Assembly: GCA_017524525.1 (NCBI GenBank)
Contig: JAFXVM010000003.1
Coordinates: 1,836 to 65,835 of the forward strand
Source: Alphaproteobacteria bacterium
GTDB lineage: Bacteria > Pseudomonadota > Alphaproteobacteria > Rs-D84
Direction: 5' to 3'
DNA length: 64,000 bases
The position numbers and the translations under genes are program-made. This document shows, piece after piece, positions 1-9,776 of this stretch. Below the pieces are notes generated by a model. It did no database searches and was not told the origin of the DNA. It was given only the letters and a program-made list of their open reading frames with translations. Numbering within the stretch: the stretch's first letter is position 1; each line of letters begins with the position of its first letter.

Positions 1-1248
1 GCAGATGTTCAAAACGCATGCATCACACTCATAGACAACATTGGTGATACAGATTGGGAATCTGGGATGACTGGTATAGCAACAAATATTTCTTATGACA
101 CAATAATGGATACTTGCGCACAAATTGGACGCGATTGTATTGTTCAAAAATGCAACGGAACATCTGGCAATTTTGCCTTGTGTAAAAGTACAACTTCTGC
201 GAATCGTATTGACTTGTTAAATCGATATGCCTGTTGGAACGAAGTATACAATTGTGTAAAAAGCGCAGACAATCTTGCTAATATGTCTGGCGGAATTTTG
301 CCATCAACCCCCAGCACAAACTTCGGTGATTTTAATGCTTCCCGTGAAAATTATTATATTTCACTTTATGACATAACCAATAATATCGACGATGTTCCAA
401 CGTTTTGTGATTCTTCATTAAACGGAACAGAATTAACAGCGTGTTTAATTGCTGAACAAATTTGGGGTAATTGTACCGCGACACAAAACCAGACAGATTC
501 AACTATTTTACAATCTGACACATACTCTTCTTTGTTATCTTGGTTTGCAACGAATACAGGAAACAATTCTTGTAATGCCACAGGATGCCCAGCTGGGTAT
601 GAAATGGATGCTTCTAGTACATGTCAATTATCAATCAACGAAACAACAAATGATTGTGCCATAGCCCACACCAGAAATTATATCTTTGAAGTAAATTCCA
701 ATCTCACCAATTATTGCACATCAGGTGTTCGGGATAAATTTAGAAATTGTTGTTATTCTGGATATGTTAATAACGGTATTTGTGTCCCAATCGCAGAATC
801 GAACGCTTTGCTGTTGGTCCAAGGCACATGTTCATCGGCAGACCCTTATTATTGCCCAGATTATACCACAAACAGCACAAACCCGCGTATATTATCCACC
901 TATTGCATCACAAACCAAACAAATGTGGAATATAATGATAACACTCATTCTTATATTTGTGACGGCGAATGGATAATGGTTGATCAATATGGCAACTATT
1001 TATGGCTTCGTGATACAACAGCACACGCAACAGCCAATGTACAACCAATAATGTCTTATCTCGGCAACGATGATTGTTCAAATTGCACAAATCCACCTTG
1101 TGGTACAATATGTAAATACACCTATGATATGGGTGCTATGTGGAAATGGAAGAACAATTCCACTGAATGTACAGAAGTATCAAATTCAGCAGACACTAAT
1201 TCTTATATACCTGTCCCAACAGATAATGAATTTATGATTAAATATTGA
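1..1248 (+). CDS. Cysteine-rich secreted/surface protein, 5'-truncated by the window edge (C-x6-C-x4-C module family)
   Basis: Frame 1 is open from base 1 (ADVQNACITLIDN... precedes the listed Met at 67) to the stop at 1246-1248. About 26 Cys in the 393 listed aa. Module DTCAQIGRDCIVQKC is shared with the ORFs at 15990, 16856 and 29679. No enzyme motif recognised. Confidence 0.6.
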   Translation, partial: ADVQNACITLIDNIGDTDWESGMTGIATNISYDTIMDTCAQIGRDCIVQKCNGTSGNFALCKSTTSANRIDLLNRYACWNEVYNCVKSADNLANMSGGILPSTPSTNFGDFNASRENYYISLYDITNNIDDVPTFCDSSLNGTELTACLIAEQIWGNCTATQNQTDSTILQSDTYSSLLSWFATNTGNNSCNATGCPAGYEMDASSTCQLSINETTNDCAIAHTRNYIFEVNSNLTNYCTSGVRDKFRNCCYSGYVNNGICVPIAESNALLLVQGTCSSADPYYCPDYTTNSTNPRILSTYCITNQTNVEYNDNTHSYICDGEWIMVDQYGNYLWLRDTTAHATANVQPIMSYLGNDDCSNCTNPPCGTICKYTYDMGAMWKWKNNSTECTEVSNSADTNSYIPVPTDNEFMIKY

Positions 1249-1250
1249 TA

Positions 1251-1769
1251 TCAAAATTCGATTGATTTAATAACAGATTGAATTTGTTTCAATTGTTCGC
1301 TGTCAAATTTGCCCAACACCCAATCAACAGGATTCATCTGGCTGTCAAAATCACGTGGATGCCCAATACCGATTCGAATTCGCCTGTATTCGTTTCCAAC
1401 CGCAGCATCAATAGATTTTATTCCGTTGTGCCCTGCACTGCTGCCACCGACTTTTTCGCGCAAGACCCCGACCTTTAAATCCATATCATCATGAATTACT
1501 ATTAAATTTTCAAGTGGGATTTTATAAAAAGCCATCAAAGGTCCAACTGCTTCCCCACTGTTATTCATAAAGGTTTGCGGTTTTACCAGTATAATCTTTG
1601 CTTCATCAGTATTAATCCGCGTTGTCAAAGCGTTTTTTTCTTTTTTCCAAGACGCGTCTTTTGGTGCCAGCGCATCGATAGTCATAAATCCAACATTATG
1701 ACGCGTGTTCGCATATTCTGGTCCAGGGTTCCCCAGTCCAACAATTAAAATAGGTTTATTTTTTTGCAT
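1251..1769 (-). CDS. pth: Peptidyl-tRNA hydrolase
   Basis: 172 aa. N-terminal LIVGLGNPGPEYANTRHNVGF and HNGIKSI motifs are typical of Pth. Confidence 0.95.
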   Translation of the reverse strand: MQKNKPILIVGLGNPGPEYANTRHNVGFMTIDALAPKDASWKKEKNALTTRINTDEAKIILVKPQTFMNNSGEAVGPLMAFYKIPLENLIVIHDDMDLKVGVLREKVGGSSAGHNGIKSIDAAVGNEYRRIRIGIGHPRDFDSQMNPVDWVLGKFDSEQLKQIQSVIKSIEF

Positions 1770-1817
1770 TTCTTCGACCTTTGGTTTATACTATAATATC
1801 ATATAAAGGAGAAAAAT

Positions 1818-2384
1818 ATGAAAATAAATTCAATATCTTTAATTTCTATTATTTCAACATTGGCTTGTATGTCAACAGCAAACGCTGGCGTGATTGCAGA
1901 TTTTTATGTCGGCGGCATGGCTGGGGCTGGCGGACAAACTATGTTTGCAGATCATAAAAACGAAACAGATTCTTCTATGGTATTTGGTGCTATTGCTGGT
2001 ATGGATTTGCCAGTGTTTAGAATCGAAGCAGAATACGATTATTTTCATGCAAAAGATTTCAATACTAATGCAGCATTGGCAAATATCTATGCAAAAATAC
2101 CTTCTACTATAATCTTGCCTTATATTGGGGCTGGTATTGGTATGGTGTTTGGTGGCGATCAAACTTTTACAAATTCTGGATTGGAAACAAAATACAAAGT
2201 TGATTCAACCGCCGCATATCAGGCTATGTTGGGTGCAACAATCGATGTTTTAGCAATTCCATTAAAATTCGATGTCGAAGGTCGTGTTTTATATGCTCCG
2301 GATATTTATGAAATCCCTGGCACACATACATCACCTGATATGTTGCAATATAACGTACGCGTAAAAGCACGCTTTATATTCTAG
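1818..2384 (+). CDS. Small outer-membrane beta-barrel protein (OmpA-like barrel / Opa-porin type)
   Basis: Signal peptide ...MSTANA, alternating beta-strand pattern, C-terminal aromatic residue (RVKARFIF). RBS AAGGAG lies upstream. Confidence 0.7.
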   Translation: MKINSISLISIISTLACMSTANAGVIADFYVGGMAGAGGQTMFADHKNETDSSMVFGAIAGMDLPVFRIEAEYDYFHAKDFNTNAALANIYAKIPSTIILPYIGAGIGMVFGGDQTFTNSGLETKYKVDSTAAYQAMLGATIDVLAIPLKFDVEGRVLYAPDIYEIPGTHTSPDMLQYNVRVKARFIF

Positions 2385-2393
2385 GGTTAATAA

Positions 2394-5165
2394 ATGCTAA
2401 CATTAATTGACGGAAATTCGCTGGTATTCAGGGCATATTACGGTGTTCACGGTAATTTAACCAGATCTGATAATATGCCCATCGGCGCTGTGTACGGATT
2501 CTTTAATATGGTATTGCCTGTATTAGCAAAGGCAAAACCGCAAGATTCTTTCGTATGCGTATTTGATGCTTCTCGCATCAGTTTCCGTCAAGACATTTAT
2601 CCTCTATACAAAGCCAACCGCAAAGAAACACCTGCTGATTTATTACAACAAAGCGAACTTATTCGAATCGGTGTTCACGAAATGGGGATACCTGTGTTAT
2701 GTATTCCCGGGGTCGAAGCAGACGATGTAATTGCGACACTGGCAACACAATATTGCAATATTGATGGTGGCACGCGTATTATCACTGGCGACAAAGATTT
2801 AATGCAATTAGTGTCTAACTGCACTTTCCTTTATGACGGAATGAAAGAAAAAGAAATTCACGAAGGGGAAGTCTTTGAAAAATTCGGTGTAACTCCTTCA
2901 CAAGTTATTGATGTTCAATCTTTGATGGGTGATTCCACAGATAATGTTCCGGGTGTCCCAGGTATTGGTCCAAAAAAGGCAACTGAACTCGTCAATGAAT
3001 TTAAATCTCTTGATAATTTATATGCCAATTTAGATTCAGTTAAAAACGAAAGAATTCGCAATTTATTAAAAGAAAATCGTAACCAAGCATATATTTCTAG
3101 ACAACTTGTCACACTTAAACGTGATGTAGATTTAAGTGGTTTACAAATAACACCTTTTTGTTTTAATAAAAACACAGCAATTGATTTCGTACAAAATAAA
3201 ATTGAAAGCAAAACCTTAATTGCGAAAATAGAAAAACTTTTTCCTGGCGATAAAATTACTTGCACACCGTCAGTCACAGAATACGAAAAATCCATTTGCC
3301 CTGTTGTTGATATTCCAACACCAACAGAAACAAAATCAACTCTTGGCGAAATGAACATAATCACAATTTCAACAGAACATGAATTAGATGCGTTTTTATC
3401 TAATGTCAAAGACGTTATCGCTTTTGACACAGAAACCACAGGATTAAATCAAACAGATGATAAAATTGTCGGCATTTCGCTTGCTTTTGACGACACACAC
3501 GGTGCTTATATTCCCGTGCGACATATAACAAAATCGGCTGATTTGTTTGGTGGGGGAAATTTGGTTGATAACCAATTATCAATTGAAACAGTTTATAAAA
3601 AACTTTGGCCGATATTCACAAACCCAAAGATAACTAAAATCGCGCACAATATTAAATATGATTTACATATCTTGGATAATGAAGGTTGGGACATAACAAA
3701 AATATCACCTGTGGACGACACAATGTTGTTATCTTATGCGTTGCACGGCGCATTACATGGACACGGTTTGGATGAATTGGCTGAAAAATATTTGGGGCAC
3801 CAAGACATAAAATTCGAAGATTTGTTTGACGCAAAAACCAAAGATTGCGACAGACACTTTGAAACATTACCTATTGAAATTGCCACAAAATATTCAGGCG
3901 AAGATTCAATTGTATGTATGGCATTATACAATTTGATGCGCCCGCAATTAAACGAAAATCAAAAATTGCGCGAATTATACGAAACTTGCGATTTACCATT
4001 ATGTCTTATTTTATGTTTAATGGAAAAACAAGGTGTTGCGGTCAATCGCGACAGACTAAATCAGTTATCAAGCGTTTTTCATAAACAATTGGAAAAATTA
4101 GAAACTGAAATTTATGATTTAGCAGGCCACGAATTTAACGTGGGCAGCCCGAAACAATTGGCAACTGTATTGTTCGAAGAATTGCATTTGCCATCCAAGA
4201 AAAAACAATCTACGGACGCAGATACTTTGAACGATTTGTTGGAACATCACCCAATTATCGAAAAAATATTAAATTGGCGTTCTATCGCTAAATTGGCCAG
4301 CACTTACGCGGATGCCCTGCCCCACCAGATTGCAACAGACGGTAGAATACATACAACTTATTTACAAACCAGTACGAACACAGGCCGCCTGTCCAGCCGC
4401 AATCCAAATCTTCAAAACATTCCTATAAAAACAGAATTAGGCGAAGAAATAAGAAAATGCTTTGTCGCACCTGCTGGCAAAACTTTGATAAGTGTTGATT
4501 ATTCACAAATACAGTTGCGTCTGCTGGCAGATGTTGCAAATGTAAAAATATTCAAAGACACATTTAATGCAGGACTTGATATTCACGAACAGACTGCACG
4601 CAAAATATTTAATATCCCAGACAGCACAATTGTTCCAAAAGATTTAAGACGCGCTGCAAAAACAATAAACTTTTCCATTATTTATGGGATTTCGGCATTT
4701 GGATTGGCTAACCAATTAAATATCTCACGCGAAGAAGCGAAAAAAATCATAGATTCTTATATGGCAGGCTTGCCAGAAATCAAAGAATATATCGACCATA
4801 TAACTAAATTCGTATTTGAAAAACATTGCGTTTATACACCATGGGGACGCAGGATTGAAATTCCCGAAGCATCCAACCCGCGTATGCGCGGATATGTAGC
4901 GCGCGCAGCAATCAACGCCCCCATCCAAGGATTCGAAGCGGACATCGTCCGTCATGCGATGGTGAACGTGTATAACAATATCGTTGTTCCAAATAACGAC
5001 AAAATAAAAATGATTCTTCAGGTTCACGATGAAATAATATTTGAATGTGATGAAAAAAAAGCAAAAGATTTTGCTAAAAAAATTCAAAACGAAATGGAAA
5101 ATGTCACAAAATTGTCTGTGCCGCTTTTAACCGAAGCAATAATTTCACCAATTTGGGATAAATAG
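2394..5165 (+). CDS. polA: DNA polymerase I
   Basis: 923 aa. 5' nuclease N-terminus (LIDGNSLVFRAYY), 3'-5' exo motif (AFDTETTGL), and polymerase motifs (DYSQIQLRLLA, QVHDE). Confidence 0.97.
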   Translation: MLTLIDGNSLVFRAYYGVHGNLTRSDNMPIGAVYGFFNMVLPVLAKAKPQDSFVCVFDASRISFRQDIYPLYKANRKETPADLLQQSELIRIGVHEMGIPVLCIPGVEADDVIATLATQYCNIDGGTRIITGDKDLMQLVSNCTFLYDGMKEKEIHEGEVFEKFGVTPSQVIDVQSLMGDSTDNVPGVPGIGPKKATELVNEFKSLDNLYANLDSVKNERIRNLLKENRNQAYISRQLVTLKRDVDLSGLQITPFCFNKNTAIDFVQNKIESKTLIAKIEKLFPGDKITCTPSVTEYEKSICPVVDIPTPTETKSTLGEMNIITISTEHELDAFLSNVKDVIAFDTETTGLNQTDDKIVGISLAFDDTHGAYIPVRHITKSADLFGGGNLVDNQLSIETVYKKLWPIFTNPKITKIAHNIKYDLHILDNEGWDITKISPVDDTMLLSYALHGALHGHGLDELAEKYLGHQDIKFEDLFDAKTKDCDRHFETLPIEIATKYSGEDSIVCMALYNLMRPQLNENQKLRELYETCDLPLCLILCLMEKQGVAVNRDRLNQLSSVFHKQLEKLETEIYDLAGHEFNVGSPKQLATVLFEELHLPSKKKQSTDADTLNDLLEHHPIIEKILNWRSIAKLASTYADALPHQIATDGRIHTTYLQTSTNTGRLSSRNPNLQNIPIKTELGEEIRKCFVAPAGKTLISVDYSQIQLRLLADVANVKIFKDTFNAGLDIHEQTARKIFNIPDSTIVPKDLRRAAKTINFSIIYGISAFGLANQLNISREEAKKIIDSYMAGLPEIKEYIDHITKFVFEKHCVYTPWGRRIEIPEASNPRMRGYVARAAINAPIQGFEADIVRHAMVNVYNNIVVPNNDKIKMILQVHDEIIFECDEKKAKDFAKKIQNEMENVTKLSVPLLTEAIISPIWDK

Positions 5166-5167
5166 TT

Positions 5168-5602
5168 ATGATAAATTCTGCAACTAGGTTAAATATAAAA
5201 ATATTACCAGACGCAACAACAATTCAAAATATTGTTAATATATTGGAATCAAATAAAATTCCATGCCAAGATTTTATCCACGATTCTCACTGTACTATTA
5301 TTTATACCCCCGACATAATTAAAAATGTTAATATGCCAGATATAAAATTACCAATAATTGGGACCAAAGCGCACTTTGAATTTTTTGACACCCAAGATGA
5401 CGGCATTGTTTTAGTTATAGAATTTGAAAGCGTTGCCGCTAAAAAACTTTTTAAATATCTCAAAGAAAAATATAAATTCACAATAAAATATAATGATTTT
5501 AGACCGCATATAACAATTCAAAAAAATATACCTGCAAAAATAAAATTACCAGATATAAAATTCAATTTATTTTTTAATCAATTAATCAAAGAAATTATAT
5601 AA
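5168..5602 (+). CDS. Small 2H-phosphoesterase-like protein (two H-x-T-x motifs)
   Basis: 144 aa. HCTI at residues 41-44 and HITI at residues 114-117. The ATG lies 2 nt after the polA stop. Followed by the terminator at 5607-5637. Confidence 0.45.
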   Translation: MINSATRLNIKILPDATTIQNIVNILESNKIPCQDFIHDSHCTIIYTPDIIKNVNMPDIKLPIIGTKAHFEFFDTQDDGIVLVIEFESVAAKKLFKYLKEKYKFTIKYNDFRPHITIQKNIPAKIKLPDIKFNLFFNQLIKEII

Positions 5603-5606
5603 GAAT

Positions 5607-5637
5607 AAAAAAACCGCCCGAACGGGCGATTTTTTTT
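5607..5637. terminator. Bidirectional intrinsic terminator
   Basis: A-run, CGCCC/GGGCG stem, T-run, between convergent genes. Confidence 0.7.
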
Positions 5638-5650
5638 AATAATCAAATTT

Positions 5651-6085
5651 TTATTTTGCAGCTTCTTCAGCAGTTTTTTCTTCCGCAGCTGGTTCTTCCG
5701 CTGGTTTTTCTGCTGGTGTTTTGCAATTTACAACAGCATACATTTCTTTTGTTTCTGTGTTAACAGGTTTTACCATTACTCTGAAATGGAAGTCTTCTGC
5801 ACAAGCTTCTTCTTTAGCCGCAACAACTTCTACGTATGTATTTTCTGTGTCTGCATTAACATCATCCCAAACTAAATTGCCACCTTCTTTGAACATAGCA
5901 TCTGGTTCTTGTGCTTTAACATTTGCAATCCATTCTTGAGAAGAAGGACATTTATAAACCAAATGTGTTTTTGTTGTGTCAACTCTTTCGCAACCAGCAA
6001 AATGAGCATCCATAGCCGCTGTATCAATAGAATTACCGCAAGCAGCCAGAGCCAATACAGAAGTCAAAGCCAAAATTTTTTTCAT
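5651..6085 (-). CDS. Lipoprotein, unknown function, acidic Pro/Ala/Glu-rich tail
   Basis: Lipobox LALAAC. C-terminal PAEKPAEEPAAEEKTAEEAAK. RBS GGAGAT lies upstream. Confidence 0.6.
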   Translation of the reverse strand: MKKILALTSVLALAACGNSIDTAAMDAHFAGCERVDTTKTHLVYKCPSSQEWIANVKAQEPDAMFKEGGNLVWDDVNADTENTYVEVVAAKEEACAEDFHFRVMVKPVNTETKEMYAVVNCKTPAEKPAEEPAAEEKTAEEAAK

Positions 6086-6160
6086 CTTTATATCTCCTTT
6101 GTATGAATAAAAAACCTTGTTCCAACGGATTATAGGATTATCTAAAAATCAATGCAACAA

Positions 6161-6190
6161 AAAAAACACCCACTTTCGCGGGTGTTTTTA
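6161..6190 (-). terminator. Intrinsic terminator after the dsbA-like gene
   Basis: CACCC/GGGTG stem flanked by an A-run and a T-run. Confidence 0.6.
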
Positions 6191-6211
6191 ATTTTTTTGC
6201 AAAGATATTAA

Positions 6212-7030
6212 TTATTTCAAAGCTTCGATAATTCTAGCATATGGAATTGCACCAGGGAATGCTTGGTCACCAATGATTAAGTATGGTGTTCCGCTGATTT
6301 CAAAACGTTGTGCCAATTCACGAACATTTTGCAATTCTGCTTTCACTGTGTCGCTTTCCATATCTTCAGCCAATTTTTTAGTATCCAAACCAGCTTCTTT
6401 TGCTACTTTCATAACATTAGCTTGGATTTTTTCTGGCAATTTAGCCTGATCTTTCAAATCAGCTTGTGTGTAATATTCTTTTGCCATCAACAATTCGTCC
6501 AATTTAGCCGCTTTAGCATTGTCTTGCATTTTTGCAGCGATAACAGCTTTTGCTGGCGCATCAGACAAAGGTCCATGGATAGAGAAGTTTTTCAATACAA
6601 CACGAACGTCATCACGTTCTGCCAAAACCCTGCTCAATTCAGCATGAACACGACGGCAGTATGGGCAAGAATAATCAGACCACAAGAAAATTGTGTTTTT
6701 GGCGTCTACATTACCTGCGATTGGTGCATTACCAATCATATCGTTAACGTGTTTTTTAACATAATTGCGAACAACTTTGTTCTTTTCTTTGTCTTGTTGA
6801 GCTTGCATATTTTGTACCATTTCTTGCAAAATAGCAGGATTTGTATGCAACAAATATGCAGGTGTGAACAAACGGCATACGCTGAAAGCAATCAATACGA
6901 TTGCGATAACAGAAATACCTTTGCTTGCGATTGTATCCGAAGCAACTTTTTTGCCGTCTTGTTTGCCACCAAACATATACAGCGCAATTGCTGCTATCAG
7001 GATAAGTACAGTGATAATTGTCCAAATCAT
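6212..7030 (-). CDS. Membrane-anchored DsbA-family thiol:disulfide oxidoreductase
   Basis: N-terminal TM helix and the thioredoxin-fold active site WSDYSCPYCRR. Confidence 0.85.
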   Translation of the reverse strand: MIWTIITVLILIAAIALYMFGGKQDGKKVASDTIASKGISVIAIVLIAFSVCRLFTPAYLLHTNPAILQEMVQNMQAQQDKEKNKVVRNYVKKHVNDMIGNAPIAGNVDAKNTIFLWSDYSCPYCRRVHAELSRVLAERDDVRVVLKNFSIHGPLSDAPAKAVIAAKMQDNAKAAKLDELLMAKEYYTQADLKDQAKLPEKIQANVMKVAKEAGLDTKKLAEDMESDTVKAELQNVRELAQRFEISGTPYLIIGDQAFPGAIPYARIIEALK

Positions 7031-7106
7031 AACTTTCTCCTTTAGTAGTTGAACAAGTCGATATTAGAAAAAAAAACTTAAACAATCAACAAAAAAAATT
7101 ATAAAT

Positions 7107-7754
7107 TTATAACATTTTTCTTATTTGCGGGATTTTAATTCCTTGGGCATCACAAACATCACAAAGAAATTTTTTTGTCACATTTAAATCAACCGGTAAT
7201 TTATACAATTTTTCTTTATACGGTTCACCACAATCACGGCAAACCGCCCTTCCCGTCTTTGGAGAAAGATAACACAAATCATTTGTTTTTTGACAACCAG
7301 AACATTTTGTTAAATCCAGCGCATAACCTAAATCATGCAATAAATTTATTTCCCAATCTAAATATAAATCCCACGGATTGTCTGTACCATTTAAATCATT
7401 TAATAATGCAAAAGTTTTTTTATATAAATCGTTATACGATTCGCGTTCTGGAATCAAAGTATAAATCAAAGCAAAAACACAATTCATAATTTTTAATAAA
7501 TCAGCATTCATCATCAAAGCCGCAGATAAATTTTTTTCATTTTCAAAATGAAACACACCTAGTTGCGAATCAAGCCGTGCGTTCCACGACAGTCGTCCAA
7601 ATTGCCCAACCAGCGGTTTATTTTTTTTCGCGACCACCGCGCCCCGCAACATCCCGACCAGAACACCATTATCACAAGTAAAAATATGCGCCAGCGCATC
7701 CCTTTCATTAAAAGGTTTTATATTTATCAAAATACCAGTTGTTTCAATTTGCAT
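7107..7754 (-). CDS. recO: DNA repair protein RecO
   Basis: 215 aa. N-terminal OB-fold pattern (GILINIKPFNERDALAHIFT) and a C-terminal Cys4 zinc motif (CSGC...CRDC). Confidence 0.85.
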   Translation of the reverse strand: MQIETTGILINIKPFNERDALAHIFTCDNGVLVGMLRGAVVAKKNKPLVGQFGRLSWNARLDSQLGVFHFENEKNLSAALMMNADLLKIMNCVFALIYTLIPERESYNDLYKKTFALLNDLNGTDNPWDLYLDWEINLLHDLGYALDLTKCSGCQKTNDLCYLSPKTGRAVCRDCGEPYKEKLYKLPVDLNVTKKFLCDVCDAQGIKIPQIRKML

Positions 7755-7816
7755 ACCCTTATTATATATAAGAATAAAAAATTTTATAAAGAAAAAATCG
7801 CCATTCGGCGATTTGT

Positions 7817-8278
7817 TTACATATATTGTTTAATACGTCTAGATACAAAGGTTAAATCTTTTTGTTTTGCTGCCAATTTTTGTTGTTCGACCAATAATGC
7901 AGTTTCCTTTACTTTTTTATCACACAAATTGAATAACTTTTCTAATTTTTCAATTTCACCAAAATCTTCGCTTGAAAAACTTTCATTACCCCCCAAAAAA
8001 ACTATTTTATATTTGTTAGGCGCATGTTTATGAATCCAAAAAATATTTCTGTCGCCATCCATTGGATAAACTTCAATCATCAATTTATCTAATTCATAAT
8101 AACACGCCTTTACTTTACCAGGTGTTTCCAGCAACTTTATACAATCATCCAACAATTCAGCAAAAGAAACCAGTTTTTCAGGTTCGACAACCTGTGGTTC
8201 AATTTTTTTCATTCCCAATGCTGCCGGTTTTGTTTTCTTTAAAAATTTGCCTATAAAATTTTTTAATTTCCCTGACAT
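7817..8278 (-). CDS. Hypothetical protein
   Basis: 153-aa ORF in a codirectional gene string, with a terminator hairpin at 7792-7817. No motif recognised. Confidence 0.5.
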   Translation of the reverse strand: MSGKLKNFIGKFLKKTKPAALGMKKIEPQVVEPEKLVSFAELLDDCIKLLETPGKVKACYYELDKLMIEVYPMDGDRNIFWIHKHAPNKYKIVFLGGNESFSSEDFGEIEKLEKLFNLCDKKVKETALLVEQQKLAAKQKDLTFVSRRIKQYM

Positions 8279-8284
8279 TTTATT

Positions 8285-9712
8285 TTACTTTGCGATAAAT
8301 CTGTTAAAAGTCTTTTCATTAACCTTCACAGGATATTCAGCTTTCAAGAAACGCGTATAATCGTCTTGGATAAATCTTAATGAAACATTTTCCAATTCTT
8401 TGCGCAAAGCTTCCTTTTTTGCCTTGTCTTCTTTTGGCATAACAGTTTCACCAACGCGCACAACATAGAAAGCACTTTCGTCTTCTGTCATGGCGTTATC
8501 GCCAGTTTTGCCCGCAAACGCAGCATTCAAAACCGCCAAAGGTGCACCTTCGGTTCTGGTGACATCTGCTTTCTTTGATGCTTTTTCAAAAGCCACCCTG
8601 CCTTCGTCACCATTTTTCAAAGCAATTAATTTTTCGTTTGCTGCTTCATAAGCCATTTTGCGCTGTTCAGCCTTTTTCCAATCACCGACCAAAGATTTTT
8701 GAACATCTTTGAATTCGGCATTATGTTGCGGGTGCACTTCGTCAACGCGCAAAATTACAAAGCCTTCTTTTAATTCCAACAATTCACTTTCGCTGCCAGA
8801 TTCCATAGCAAACAATTTTGCAACCAAATCATTCGTCAAAACTTTGTCAGCCATTTTGCCATTACGTTCGATTTTTTCCAGTTTAACATATTTTGCATTA
8901 TGCTTATCCGCGGCAGTCTTCATAGAATCGCCAGAAATAATCATATCTTCGATTTGTTGTGCAACTTTGAAACCTTCGTCATAAACATCAGGTTTATTCA
9001 TATCGGCCGCAACAAACACATAAGACACAGAACGAGTTTCTGGAACCGTTATTGGATTTTGCGCATAATAAGCCTGTAATTGTTCTTCGGTTGGGGTTCC
9101 CACTTTGTAATCAGCAAACCCCACAGTTGCATAATTCACACCACGTTTCGCATAGCGCGCATTATAAGCCGCATCAACTGCAAATTGAGGAACTGTCAAC
9201 GGCACATTTGTTGCCCCCACTGTCATAGAACGCAAAATATCAGCACGCAAAGAAGCAGCAAAATCTTGTTCACTTAAACCCGCGTTTTGTAAAACCATAT
9301 CAAACATCCACGGAGAAAATTCACCATTAGATTGGAATTGTGGATATTTTTTAATCTCTTCTGCGATTCGTTTATCAGAAACAACATAACCTAAATCATA
9401 TGCACGATTCAAAATTAATTGATTCGTTGTTAAATTCGCCATAACAGAATTTGTCAGCGCTGCCGCCTTGGCTGGATCAGCATATGCAGCACGTTGTTCG
9501 TCTTTGCTCATAGAAGACAATTCGCGCGAACGTGCATTATTAAACTGTTGCACAGATATTTGTTCGCCGCCAACGCTTATCAAATTCGTATCACGAGCCG
9601 AACTGCCAAATATCCATTCAGCAGCGCCCCAGCCCACAAAACTGAAGATTAAAATATACATTAAAACTTTCGCCACAGGTTTATCTGCAGCATTACGTAA
9701 ATATTCTAGCAT
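8285..9712 (-). CDS. PpiD-like periplasmic chaperone (SurA N-terminal domain protein)
   Basis: Start moved to MLEYLRNAADKPVAKVLMYILIFSFVGWG, the typical PpiD N-terminus plus TM. The longer listed ORF would overlap tpiA. Confidence 0.75.
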   Translation of the reverse strand: MLEYLRNAADKPVAKVLMYILIFSFVGWGAAEWIFGSSARDTNLISVGGEQISVQQFNNARSRELSSMSKDEQRAAYADPAKAAALTNSVMANLTTNQLILNRAYDLGYVVSDKRIAEEIKKYPQFQSNGEFSPWMFDMVLQNAGLSEQDFAASLRADILRSMTVGATNVPLTVPQFAVDAAYNARYAKRGVNYATVGFADYKVGTPTEEQLQAYYAQNPITVPETRSVSYVFVAADMNKPDVYDEGFKVAQQIEDMIISGDSMKTAADKHNAKYVKLEKIERNGKMADKVLTNDLVAKLFAMESGSESELLELKEGFVILRVDEVHPQHNAEFKDVQKSLVGDWKKAEQRKMAYEAANEKLIALKNGDEGRVAFEKASKKADVTRTEGAPLAVLNAAFAGKTGDNAMTEDESAFYVVRVGETVMPKEDKAKKEALRKELENVSLRFIQDDYTRFLKAEYPVKVNEKTFNRFIAK

Positions 9713-9776
9713 TTTTCCACCTTTTGCGATACCATAGCAAAAGAAATAACAAAAAATCAATAAAAAAGGAAGAAAA

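Noticed and set aside
67-1248. Abundant N-x-S/T sequons in the Cys-rich protein as evidence for N-linked glycosylation
   Set aside because: - The genome is AT-rich and Asn/Ser/Thr-rich, so sequons are expected by composition.
- Few have the acidic -2 residue required by bacterial PglB-type systems.
- No pgl genes are in the window.
6308-7045. Long antisense or alternative-frame ORFs in the track, for example 6308-7045, 2915-3439, 18809-19318, 36446-36820, 41252-41821, 42277-42852 and 59195-59707
   Set aside because: Each lies entirely within, and antisense or out of frame to, a gene with strong homology-type motifs. Their low-complexity, Phe/Ile/Leu- or Ser-rich translations are typical of shadow ORFs.
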